This document shows, in pieces, positions 63,937 through 64,000 of a DNA stretch of 64,000 bases (the first letter of the stretch is position 1; each line of letters begins with the position of its first letter). A program made the position numbers and the translations under genes. Below the pieces are notes generated by a model. That model was not told where the DNA came from. It was given only the letters and a program-made list of their open reading frames with translations, and searched no databases. The DNA lies in the IMG/VR virus record IMGVR_UViG_3300037455_000372, positions 11,710 through 75,709 of that record, one strand, 5' to 3'. The stretch is from a virus. Its lineage: Duplodnaviria; Heunggongvirae; Uroviricota; Caudoviricetes.

Positions 63937-63962
63937 AAAAAGACCGCCGACTGGTGTCGGCG
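63937..63962 (-). terminator. rho-independent terminator (minus strand: GGCCGCCGAC-ACCA-GTCGGCGGTC + TTTTTT)
   Basis: read directly. Confidence 0.55.
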
Positions 63963-64000
63963 GCCTATAAATGGTATGGAACCGCTAGACGGTCGCGGCG

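Overview
The window reads as part of a large lytic dsDNA phage genome. About 80 protein-coding genes sit mostly on the minus strand in tight, often overlapping operons. A roughly 11-bp motif TTGCTATATTT(G) recurs more than 15 times, 10-40 nt upstream of start codons. It resembles the Bacteroidetes TAnnTTTG -7 promoter element, so a Bacteroidetes host is likely (inference). The most striking content is about 40 tRNA genes, all on the minus strand. Most lie in an array at 55.7-60.0 kb; the rest are scattered. They include several structurally non-canonical tRNAs and tRNA-like fragments. Alongside them is a set of RNA-repair and translation-associated genes: RtcB ligase, an Rnl2-like ligase, a PTH2-type peptidyl-tRNA hydrolase, an RlmN/Cfr-family radical-SAM methyltransferase and an EF-Ts N-domain-like protein. 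Other recognisable genes are a glutamine-dependent NAD+ synthetase, a C5 DNA methyltransferase, a RuvC-like resolvase, an M29 aminopeptidase, a Nif3-family protein, an AroD-like and a chorismate-mutase-like protein, and a nucleoside-deoxyribosyltransferase/metallophosphoesterase fusion. There are also an SPFH lipoprotein, a rhomboid-like protein, an M15 peptidase, a TnpB-like insertion lacking the zinc finger, two AT-rich homing-endonuclease-like genes at the tRNA array, two paralogous families of unknown proteins, a 1043-aa gene of unknown function, and two AT-rich tail-fibre genes at the right end. All calls rest on reading the sequence and ORF translations by eye. No searches were run, and tRNA boundaries and anticodons are hand-folded and approximate.
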